A DNA stretch of 49,084 nt from a virus (taxonomy: Duplodnaviria > Heunggongvirae > Uroviricota > Caudoviricetes), in IMG/VR virus record IMGVR_UViG_2851982317_000003; one strand, written 5' to 3'. Both the position numbers and the translations under genes were made by a program. Positions 41,226-49,084 of this stretch are shown one piece after another. Each line of letters starts with the position of its first letter. The stretch's first letter is position 1. The notes beneath the pieces were generated by a model. That model was given only the letters and a program-made list of their open reading frames with translations. It was not told the origin of the DNA and ran no database searches.

Positions 41226-44200
41226 ATGGGTAAAGGCAGCAGTAAGGGGCATACTCCGCGCGAAGCGAAGGACAACCTGAAGTCCACGCAGTTGCTGAGT
41301 GTGATCGATGCCATCAGCGAAGGGCCGGTTGAAGGTCCGGTGGATGGATTAAAAAGCGTGCTGCTGAACAGTACGCCAGTGCTGGACAGTGAGGGGAATA
41401 CCAATATCTCCGGCGTCACGGTGGTGTTCCGGGCCGGTGAGCAGGAGCAGACACCGCCGGAGGGATTTGAATCCTCCGGCTCCGAGACGGTGCTGGGTAC
41501 GGAAGTGAAATACGACACGCCGATCACCCGGACCATCACGTCGGCAAACATTGACCGACTGCGTTTTACCTTCGGCGTGCAGGCACTGGTGGAAACCACC
41601 TCAAAGGGGGACAGGAATCCGTCGGAAGTCCGCCTGCTGGTTCAGATCCAGCGTAATGGTGGCTGGGTGACGGAAAAAGACATCACCATTAAGGGCAAAA
41701 CCACCTCGCAGTATCTGGCCTCGGTGGTGGTGGGTAACCTGCCGCCGCGCCCGTTCAATATCCGGATGCGCAGGATGACGCCGGACAGCACCACAGACCA
41801 GCTGCAGAACAAAACGCTCTGGTCGTCATACACCGAAATCATCGATGTGAAACAGGGCTACCCGAACACGGCACTGGTCGGCGTGCAGGTGGATTCGGAG
41901 CAGTTCGGCAGCCAGCAGGTGAGCCGTAATTATCATCTTCGCGGGCGCATTCTGCAGGTGCCGTCGAACTATAACCCGCAGACGCGGCAATACAGCGGTA
42001 TCTGGGACGGAACGTTTAAACCGGCATACAGCAACAACATGGCCTGGTGTCTGTGGGATATGCTGACCCATCCGCGCTACGGCATGGGGAAACGTCTTGG
42101 TGCGGCGGATGTGGATAAATGGGCGCTGTATGTCATCGGCCAGTACTGCGACCAGTCAGTGCCGGACGGCTTTGGCGGCACGGAGCCGCGCATCACCTGT
42201 AATGCGTACCTGACCACACAACGTAAGGCGTGGGATGTGCTCAGTGATTTCTGCTCGGCGATGCGCTGTATGCCGGTATGGAACGGGCAGACGCTGACGT
42301 TCGTGCAGGACCGACCATCAGATAAGGTGTGGACCTATAACCGCAGTAATGTGGTGATGCCGGATGATGGCGCGCCGTTCCGCTACAGCTTCAGCGCCCT
42401 GAAGGACCGCCATAATGCCGTTGAGGTGAACTGGATTGACCCGAATAACGGCTGGGAGACGGCGACAGAGCTTGTGGAGGACACGCAGGCCATTGCCCGT
42501 TACGGTCGTAACGTCACGAAGATGGATGCCTTTGGCTGTACCAGCCGGGGGCAGGCACACCGCGCCGGGCTATGGCTGATTAAAACAGAACTGCTGGAAA
42601 CGCAGACCGTGGACTTCAGCGTGGGCGCAGAAGGGCTTCGCCATGTGCCGGGCGATGTTATTGAAATCTGTGATGATGACTATGCCGGTATCAGCATCGG
42701 CGGGCGCGTGCTGGCGGTAAACAGCCAGACCCGGACGCTGACGCTCGACCGTGAAATCACGCTGCCATCCTCCGGTACCACGCTGATAAGCCTGGTTGAC
42801 GGAAGTGGCAATCCGGTCAGCGTGGAGGTTCAGTCCGTCACCGACGGCGTGAAGGTGAAAGTGAGCCGTGTTCCTGACGGCGTTGCTGAATACAGCGTGT
42901 GGGGGCTGAAGCTGCCGACGCTGCGCCAGCGCCTGTTCCGCTGCGTGAGTATCCGTGAGAACGACGACGGCACGTATGCCATCACCGCCGTGCAGCATGT
43001 ACCGGAAAAAGAAGCCATCGTGGATAACGGGGCGCACTTTGACGGCGACCAGAGCGGCACGGTGAATGGTGTCACGCCGCCAGCGGTGCAGCACCTGACT
43101 GCCGAAGTCACCGCAGACAGCGGGGAATATCAGGTGCTGGCGCGCTGGGACACGCCGAAGGTGGTGAAGGGCGTGAGCTTCCTGCTCCGTCTGACCGTAA
43201 CAGCGGATGACGGCAGTGAGCGGCTGGTCAGCACGGCCCGGACGACGGAAACCACATACCGCTTCACGCAGCTGGCGCCAGGAAACTACAGGCTGACAGT
43301 CCGGGCGGCAAATGCCTGGGGACAGCAGGGCGATCCTGCATCGGTATCGTTCCGGATTGCCGCACCGGCAGCACCGTCGAGGATTGAGCTGACGCCGGGC
43401 TATTTTCAGATAACCGCCACGCCGCATCTTGCCGTTTATGACCCGACGGTACAGTTTGAGTTCTGGTTCTCGGAAAAGCGGATTACCGATATCAGGCAGG
43501 TTGAAACCACAGCACGCTATCTTGGCACGGCGCTGTACTGGATAGCCGCCAGTATCAATATCAAACCGGGCCATGATTATTACTTTTATATCCGCAGTGT
43601 GAACACCGTTGGCAAATCGGCATTCGTGGAGGCTGTTGGTCAGCCGAGTGATGATGCATCCGGTTATCTGGATTTTTTCAAAGGCGAGATAGGGAAAACC
43701 CATCTGGCTCAGGAGCTGTGGACGCAGATTGATAACGGTCAGCTTGCGCCTGACCTGGCTGAAATCAGGACGTCCATTACGGATGTCAGCAATGAAATCA
43801 CGCAGACCGTCAATAAGAAACTGGAAGACCAGAGTGCGGCAATTCAGCAGATACAGAAGGTTCAGGTTGATACAAATAATAACCTGAACAGCATGTGGGC
43901 TGTGAAGCTGCAGCAGATGCAGGACGGACGCCTTTATATCGCGGGTATTGGTGCCGGTATTGAGAACACCCCTGACGGCATGCAGAGTCAGGTGCTGCTG
44001 GCGGCAGACAGGATTGCGATGATTAATCCTGCGAATGGCAACACAAAGCCGATGTTTGTTGGGCAGGGCGATCAGATATTCATGAATGACGTGTTCCTGA
44101 AACGCCTGACGGCTCCCACCATTACCAGCGGCGGTAATCCTCCGGTATTTTCCCTGACACCGGACGGGCGGCTGACGGCGAAAAATGCCGATATCAGCGG

Positions 44201-44705
44201 TAACGTGAATGCGAACTCCGGGACGCTCAACAACGTCACGATTAACGAGAACTGTCGGGTTCTGGGAAAACTGTCCGCCAACCAGATTGAAGGCGATCTC
44301 GTTAAAACAGTGGGCAAAGCTTTCCCCCGGGACTCCCGTGCACCGGAACGGTGGCCATCAGGGACCATCACCGTCAGGGTTTATGACGATCAGCCGTTTG
44401 ACCGGCAGATTGTTATTCCGGCGGTGGCATTCAGCGGCGCTAAACATGAGCGGGAGAATAACGATATTTATTCGTCATGCCGCCTGATAGTACGGAAAAA
44501 CGGTGCTGAAATTTATAACCGTACCGCGCTGGATAATACGCTGATTTACAGTGGTGTTATTGATATGCCTGCCGGTCACGGTCACATGACACTGGAGTTT
44601 TCGGTGTCAGCATGGCTGGTAAATAACTGGTATCCCACAGCAAGTATCAGCGATTTGCTGGTTGTGGTGATGAAGAAAGCCACTGCAGGCATCACGATTA
44701 GCTGA
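41226..44705 (+). CDS. J: Central tail fibre / host-specificity protein J
   Basis: 1159-aa ORF ([41 protein letters not shown]...). Confidence 0.95.
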   Translation: MGKGSSKGHTPREAKDNLKSTQLLSVIDAISEGPVEGPVDGLKSVLLNSTPVLDSEGNTNISGVTVVFRAGEQEQTPPEGFESSGSETVLGTEVKYDTPITRTITSANIDRLRFTFGVQALVETTSKGDRNPSEVRLLVQIQRNGGWVTEKDITIKGKTTSQYLASVVVGNLPPRPFNIRMRRMTPDSTTDQLQNKTLWSSYTEIIDVKQGYPNTALVGVQVDSEQFGSQQVSRNYHLRGRILQVPSNYNPQTRQYSGIWDGTFKPAYSNNMAWCLWDMLTHPRYGMGKRLGAADVDKWALYVIGQYCDQSVPDGFGGTEPRITCNAYLTTQRKAWDVLSDFCSAMRCMPVWNGQTLTFVQDRPSDKVWTYNRSNVVMPDDGAPFRYSFSALKDRHNAVEVNWIDPNNGWETATELVEDTQAIARYGRNVTKMDAFGCTSRGQAHRAGLWLIKTELLETQTVDFSVGAEGLRHVPGDVIEICDDDYAGISIGGRVLAVNSQTRTLTLDREITLPSSGTTLISLVDGSGNPVSVEVQSVTDGVKVKVSRVPDGVAEYSVWGLKLPTLRQRLFRCVSIRENDDGTYAITAVQHVPEKEAIVDNGAHFDGDQSGTVNGVTPPAVQHLTAEVTADSGEYQVLARWDTPKVVKGVSFLLRLTVTADDGSERLVSTARTTETTYRFTQLAPGNYRLTVRAANAWGQQGDPASVSFRIAAPAAPSRIELTPGYFQITATPHLAVYDPTVQFEFWFSEKRITDIRQVETTARYLGTALYWIAASINIKPGHDYYFYIRSVNTVGKSAFVEAVGQPSDDASGYLDFFKGEIGKTHLAQELWTQIDNGQLAPDLAEIRTSITDVSNEITQTVNKKLEDQSAAIQQIQKVQVDTNNNLNSMWAVKLQQMQDGRLYIAGIGAGIENTPDGMQSQVLLAADRIAMINPANGNTKPMFVGQGDQIFMNDVFLKRLTAPTITSGGNPPVFSLTPDGRLTAKNADISGNVNANSGTLNNVTINENCRVLGKLSANQIEGDLVKTVGKAFPRDSRAPERWPSGTITVRVYDDQPFDRQIVIPAVAFSGAKHERENNDIYSSCRLIVRKNGAEIYNRTALDNTLIYSGVIDMPAGHGHMTLEFSVSAWLVNNWYPTASISDLLVVVMKKATAGITIS

Positions 44706-44723
44706 ATTTTATAACCCAGATAC

Positions 44724-44749
44724 GGGCGCCAGAAATGGCGCCTTTTTTA
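44724..44749 (+). terminator. Intrinsic terminator after J (GGCGCC-AGAAAT-GGCGCC + T6)
   Basis: Perfect GC hairpin followed by TTTTTT. Confidence 0.6.
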
Positions 44750-44772
44750 TTGCAGAAAAGCGAGAGGTAATT

Positions 44773-45372
44773 ATGCGTAAATTATGTGCTGTTATTTTGT
44801 CCGCAGCCATCTGTCTGTCCGTATCCGGTGCGCCTGCATGGGCGTCTGAACATCAGGCCACACTGAGCGCAGGGTATCTTCATGCCCGTACGAACGCTCC
44901 CGGCAGCGATAATCTGAACGGGATTAACGTGAAATACCGTTATGAGTTTACGGACACGCTGGGGCTGATTACGTCATTCAGTTATGCCAACGCTGAAGAT
45001 GAGCAAAAAACGCATTACAGCGATACCCGCTGGCATGAAGATTCCGTGTGTAACCGCTGGTTCAGCGTGATGGTGGGGCCGTCTGTGCGCGTGAATGAAT
45101 GGTTCAGCGCGTATGCGATGGCGGGTATGGCTTACAGCCGTGTGTCGACTTTCTCCGGGGATTATCTCCGCGTAACTGACAACAAGGGGAAAACGCACGA
45201 TGTGCTGACCGGAAGTGATGACGATCGCCACAGCAACACGTCTCTGGCGTGGGGAGCTGGCGTGCAGTTTAACCCGACCGAATCCGTGGCCATTGATATT
45301 GCTTATGAAGGCTCCGGCAGTGGCGACTGGCGCACTGACGGTTTCATCGTGGGTGTCGGTTATAAATTCTGA
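44773..45372 (+). CDS. lom: Lom outer-membrane protein (Ail/Lom family beta-barrel)
   Basis: 199-aa ORF with signal peptide and terminal GYKF. Confidence 0.9.
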   Translation: MRKLCAVILSAAICLSVSGAPAWASEHQATLSAGYLHARTNAPGSDNLNGINVKYRYEFTDTLGLITSFSYANAEDEQKTHYSDTRWHEDSVCNRWFSVMVGPSVRVNEWFSAYAMAGMAYSRVSTFSGDYLRVTDNKGKTHDVLTGSDDDRHSNTSLAWGAGVQFNPTESVAIDIAYEGSGSGDWRTDGFIVGVGYKF

Positions 45373-45398
45373 TTAGCCAGGTAACACAGTGTTATGAC

Positions 45399-45426
45399 AG
45401 CCCGCCGGTTCAGGCGGGCTTTTTTG
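45399..45426 (+). terminator. Intrinsic terminator after lom (AGCCCGCC-GGTTCA-GGCGGGCT + T5)
   Basis: 8-bp GC stem plus T-run. Confidence 0.6.
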
Positions 45427-45436
45427 TGGAGTGGAT

Positions 45437-47788
45437 ATGGCAGCAGTAAAAATCTCAGGTGTGCTGAAAGATGGTGCGGGAAAACCAATACAGAACTGCA
45501 CTATTCAACTGAAGGCAAAGCGTAACAGCACCACGGTACTGGTGAACACGGTGGCCTCTGAAAATCCGGATGAAGCCGGACGTTACAGCATGGATGTTGA
45601 GTATGGCCAGTACAGCGTCACCCTGCTGGTTGAAGGTTTTCCGCCTTCACATGCCGGGACCATTACCGTCTATGAAGGCTCCAGACCAGGTACGCTGAAT
45701 GATTTTCTCGGTGCCATGACGGAAGATGATGTCATGCCGGAGGCATTGCGTCGTTTTGAGGCAATGGTGGAAGAAGTGGCACGCAACGCCGAAGCCGCCT
45801 CTCAGAGCGCAGCGGCGGCAAAGAAATCCGAAACTGCAGCGGCATCATCAAAGAACGCGGCGAAAACCTCAGAAACGAATGCAGCTAATAGTGCACAGGC
45901 GGCAGCGACCTCACAGACTGCATCAGCAAACTCCGCGACAGCAGCCAAAAAATCAGAAACCAACGCGAAAAACAGCGAGACAGCCGCAAAGACGAGCGAA
46001 ACCAACGCAAAGTCCAGCCAGACGGCAGCGAAAACCAGCGAAACGAATGCCAAAGCCAGTGAAACTGCGGCAAAAAACAGCCAGGTTGCGGCAGCCGGTT
46101 CTGCGACTTCAGCAGCTGGATCAGCAACTGCTGCGGCTAACAGCCAGAAAGCTGCGAAGACGAGTGAAACTAACGCAAAGTCCAGCCAGACGGCAGCGAA
46201 GACCAGCGAAACGAATGCCAAAGCCAGCGAAACTGCGGCGAAAAACAGCCAGGATGCAGCAGCCCAAAGCGAGAGTGCCGCAGCTGGTTCTGCAAGTGCG
46301 GCGGCTTCTTCTGCCACTGCATCAGCCAACAGTCAAAAAGCAGCAAAAACCAGTGAAACCAACACAAAGGCGAGCGAGACTGCGGCGACTAACTCGGCGA
46401 AAGCATCCGCTGCAAGCCAGATGGCTGCAAAAGCAAGTGAAGACGCAGCCAGAGAGTATGCAAGCCAGGCAGCAGAGCCGTATAAATATGTCTTACAGCC
46501 ACTGCCTGATGTGTGGATACCGTTTAATGACTCGATGGATATGATTACAGGATTTGGCCCGGGATATAAAAAAATAACAGTGCGCGATGATGTGGTCACT
46601 ATACCATCCGACAAAATTGTCCCGTTTTCCCGCGCGAGTTCCGCGACCTATATCAATAAGTCCGGCGCTCTTACCATTGCAGAAATTAATGAGCCACGTT
46701 TTGAAAAAGAAGGGCTGTTAATTGAAGGGCAGAGAACAAATTACTTCACAAACTCAAACGCTCCGGAATTGTGGAATAAAAATCCAGGCCTGAAGATAAG
46801 CGAGACAAAAACCGATTCCAGGGGTTTTAAATATGCAACGTTTACCCCAGAAAAATATTTAGATAGTTCTGGCTCATATGGAATTATATCAGGGGCAGCA
46901 GCAAATAAGATAGCGGTAGTCAAAAATGATGCAGTTACAATATCCTTTAGAGCAAAAGGGGATAATGTAAGATTTGCGGCTAGATTTGATAAAGGGGATT
47001 CGCCAGTTGCTGTAGCTGCCATTTTTATTGATAGCGCCACACTAGATACATTCACGTCTGGAGCAGATGCGTCTAATATTGCTGTGAAAAATGTTGTTCG
47101 TGACGGTGAGTGGGTTGCTGTAGAGGCTGTTTATAAAGTAACAGACGACTCTACATATATTAACGGCGCCATTCTGATGTCAAACAAACTGGGTGCTAAT
47201 TTTGATAAGACTAGTTTTATGGATGTAACCACCCCTCAAATAGAGCTAGGTTCTTGCTTATCATCATTTATTGTCACACCAGGTGTTCCTGCGACAAGGG
47301 CGAGTGATATGGTTATTTTTTCAACCAGAAATAACATAAGTTCTGTCCCTTTAAGCTGTCTTGTTGAAATACATAAAAATTGGGACTCTACGCCAAATCA
47401 GGCCCCACGAATTTTAACCACTATTGGCGTGGCGACTAATGATGAACAACTGGTATTGGCTTTCAGGACGCCTACAAGTCCGGATGTAGAACCTTTACCT
47501 TATGTTCAGTTTGGAGTGAGATCTGCATATCTTAGTCCATCTGTGAAGGCCGGGCGCAAAATGATTGCTGGTTTTGTCTGTAATAGCTCGACTGAATTTC
47601 GTTGCTGTTGTAATGGTTACCTGTCACCTGTTCAGACTTCGTCATGGAAGAATACCGGAGCTGCACATGAAATACGTATTGGGGGAACTTCTGCTGGAGG
47701 AGAACGTCACTTGTTTGGTCACGTTCGTAACCTGAGAATATGGCATAAAGAATTAACTGATGCGCAAATGGGGGAGAGTATTAAATGA
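45437..47788 (+). CDS. stf: Side tail fibre Stf (lambda-like N-terminus, Ala/Ser/Thr-rich repeat shaft, divergent low-GC C-terminal domain)
   Basis: MAAVKISGVLKDGAGKPIQNCTIQLKAKRNSTTVLVNTVASENPDEAGRYSMDVEYGQYSV... is lambda Stf-like at the N-terminus. Confidence 0.85.
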   Translation: MAAVKISGVLKDGAGKPIQNCTIQLKAKRNSTTVLVNTVASENPDEAGRYSMDVEYGQYSVTLLVEGFPPSHAGTITVYEGSRPGTLNDFLGAMTEDDVMPEALRRFEAMVEEVARNAEAASQSAAAAKKSETAAASSKNAAKTSETNAANSAQAAATSQTASANSATAAKKSETNAKNSETAAKTSETNAKSSQTAAKTSETNAKASETAAKNSQVAAAGSATSAAGSATAAANSQKAAKTSETNAKSSQTAAKTSETNAKASETAAKNSQDAAAQSESAAAGSASAAASSATASANSQKAAKTSETNTKASETAATNSAKASAASQMAAKASEDAAREYASQAAEPYKYVLQPLPDVWIPFNDSMDMITGFGPGYKKITVRDDVVTIPSDKIVPFSRASSATYINKSGALTIAEINEPRFEKEGLLIEGQRTNYFTNSNAPELWNKNPGLKISETKTDSRGFKYATFTPEKYLDSSGSYGIISGAAANKIAVVKNDAVTISFRAKGDNVRFAARFDKGDSPVAVAAIFIDSATLDTFTSGADASNIAVKNVVRDGEWVAVEAVYKVTDDSTYINGAILMSNKLGANFDKTSFMDVTTPQIELGSCLSSFIVTPGVPATRASDMVIFSTRNNISSVPLSCLVEIHKNWDSTPNQAPRILTTIGVATNDEQLVLAFRTPTSPDVEPLPYVQFGVRSAYLSPSVKAGRKMIAGFVCNSSTEFRCCCNGYLSPVQTSSWKNTGAAHEIRIGGTSAGGERHLFGHVRNLRIWHKELTDAQMGESIK
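45790..46440 (+). repeat. Tandem and direct DNA repeats inside stf (about 33-bp periodicity; near-identical ~95-bp copies at about 45991-46088 and 46158-46252)
   Basis: Repeated GACGAG(C/T)GAAAC(C/T)AACGCAAAGTCCAGCCAGACGGCAGCGAA...; encodes AAKTSETNAKxS repeats. Confidence 0.85.
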
Positions 47789-48066
47789 AAGATTTAACAC
47801 TCAAATTTGCAGACAGGGCCGACTTTTCGGCCTTTATGGATAGCACGGGCTATTATGATGACGAGTCGATGCAGGATGATATTCTTATTGACGTGATAGG
47901 TAACGTGTACAAAGAAACCGGAGAACTGACTGAAGATGGCGAACCGGTGTGTGTTAAGGAAGACGGATATTTTGTAAACGTGCGCATCATTAATGATGCA
48001 AAAAAATCGTCAATATTCGATGAATACGCGGTTGTTGTTGAACATCAACTTCGTGGCTGGATGTGA
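47785..48066 (+). CDS. Small acidic hypothetical protein translationally coupled to stf (possible fibre accessory/chaperone)
   Basis: 93-aa ORF whose ATG overlaps the stf stop (ATGA). Confidence 0.45.
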   Translation: MKDLTLKFADRADFSAFMDSTGYYDDESMQDDILIDVIGNVYKETGELTEDGEPVCVKEDGYFVNVRIINDAKKSSIFDEYAVVVEHQLRGWM

Positions 48067-48075
48067 GGGAGACAA

Positions 48076-48780
48076 ATGGCTACATCGACAGTAATTCCGG
48101 GAGACATCACCACGCTGAAGGGAGATGTCAGTAAAGCGAAGGAAGATATTTCCTCAATTAACGGTAAAGTATCAACGCTTCAGACTGATATGACCAGTGC
48201 AAAGCAGGATATCAGCTCCAGATACACAAAAACTGAAGTTGATAATAAGCTGAAAAACAAAGTGGAAGTGAACGATCTGGAAAGTGGTCGTTATGGCGGA
48301 GATTTTTATCCACTGACAGGTCGTGAAGCGTTTTATTTATGGAGTTTGGCCACGACTACAGCGGCGGCAAACCTTTATCTTAATCCTGACCCTGCAATTT
48401 CGTCTGTACTGCGGTCAACATCGTCTATCCGCTATAAACATTCAGTAGAGACGATAGATTAAGAGCACGCCGATCTCATTTTCAGGATGCGCCCTGTATG
48501 GTACAGGTCACAATGCGAAAATGACAGGCGTGACTGGGGATTCTACGGATTGATTGCCGAGGAAGTAGGAGAAATTGCCCCTCAGTTTGTACACTGGCGA
48601 TCAGCTAACGAAGATGATGCACCGGAAGCTATTTCCAGCAATGGCCTTGTTGCCGAAGGTGTAATGTACGAACGTCTGGTTGTTCCACTGATTCACCATA
48701 TCCAGAAACTGACTGAAAGAGTTGATGAACTTGAGTCAGAATTGAAGTTGTTATCAACTTCCCGAAGCGATATCGGATAA
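48076..48780 (+). pseudogene. Tail-fibre-like protein with C-terminal intramolecular-chaperone (peptidase S74-like) domain, interrupted by an in-frame TAA at 48460-48462
   Basis: Track ORFs 48076-48462 and 48487-48780 share a frame; the stop falls inside the recognisable motif (SSIRYKHSVETID-stop-...GFYGLIAEEVGEIAPQFV...YERLVVPLIHHIQKL). Confidence 0.5.
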
Positions 48781-48790
48781 AGGAGGAGTA

Positions 48791-49084
48791 ATGGATATAA
48801 CACCTTTTCTTCATGCGCTTTGTGCTGTGGCTGCGCAGGTACTGATTGGTCTTTTTACCGGAAACTGGGTTTACGGGGCGATAGCCGGTTGTACGTTCTT
48901 CATTGCGCGTGAACACACCCAGGCAGAATATCGCTGGATTGAAATGTTCGGGCATGGCAAGCGAATGAATATGCCGTGGTGGGGCGGTTTTGATCCGCGT
49001 GTTTGGGATGTGGCAAGCCTGATGGATTTTGCTGTGCCGGTGGTGGCGTGTCTGCTGATCTGGCTGTTGGTTAATCGTGGGTGA
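48791..49084 (+). CDS. Hypothetical membrane protein (two or three hydrophobic segments)
   Basis: 97-aa ORF with good RBS (AAGGAGGAG); no recognisable family. Confidence 0.4.
   Translation: MDITPFLHALCAVAAQVLIGLFTGNWVYGAIAGCTFFIAREHTQAEYRWIEMFGHGKRMNMPWWGGFDPRVWDVASLMDFAVPVVACLLIWLLVNRG

Noticed and set aside
42570-43703. 377-aa minus-strand ORF inside J
   Set aside because: Fully antisense to the conserved J reading frame, with no start signals; GC-rich open-frame artefact.
45726-46544. 272-aa Arg/Gln-rich ORF in an alternative frame of stf, plus antisense ORFs (45802-46329, 45885-46127, 46170-46367, 46333-46614)
   Set aside because: They lie wholly within the repetitive stf shaft-coding region; low-complexity repeats keep alternative frames open. 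No independent start signals, and the stf frame is the one with lambda homology.

Overview
This window is the left ~48 kb of a lambda-family prophage integrated at the E. coli lambda attachment site (ybhC, attL, int ...); the prophage runs past the window end, so attR is not seen. Integration, early-left recombination genes (ea8.5, ea22, orf73, exo, bet, gam), replication (O with ori iterons, P, ren), cos, terminase, head and tail genes are recognisably lambda. The immunity region (LexA-like CI, YdaS/YdaT-like genes), the nin/Q region (ybcN, ninE, ybcO, rusA, ylcG, Q), an OmpC-like porin and a pinholin/SAR-endolysin/spanin lysis cassette are DLP12/phage-21-like, so the element is mosaic. The most interesting accessory content is a two-gene ImmA/IrrE-type metallopeptidase + DUF4411 cassette in the rexAB-equivalent slot between cI and OL/pL, whose first gene is split by an IS1 with a 9-bp target duplication. 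Other accessory content: a lipoprotein pair in the nin region, a convergent ORF pair between holin and endolysin, an IS66-family element, Lom, and a mosaic repeat-containing side tail fibre. Signs of decay (in-frame stop in portal gene B, apparent 1-bp frameshift in C, two IS insertions, in-frame stop in a distal fibre-like gene) suggest the prophage may be defective. All calls rest on reading the sequence and recalled protein families; no database search was run.
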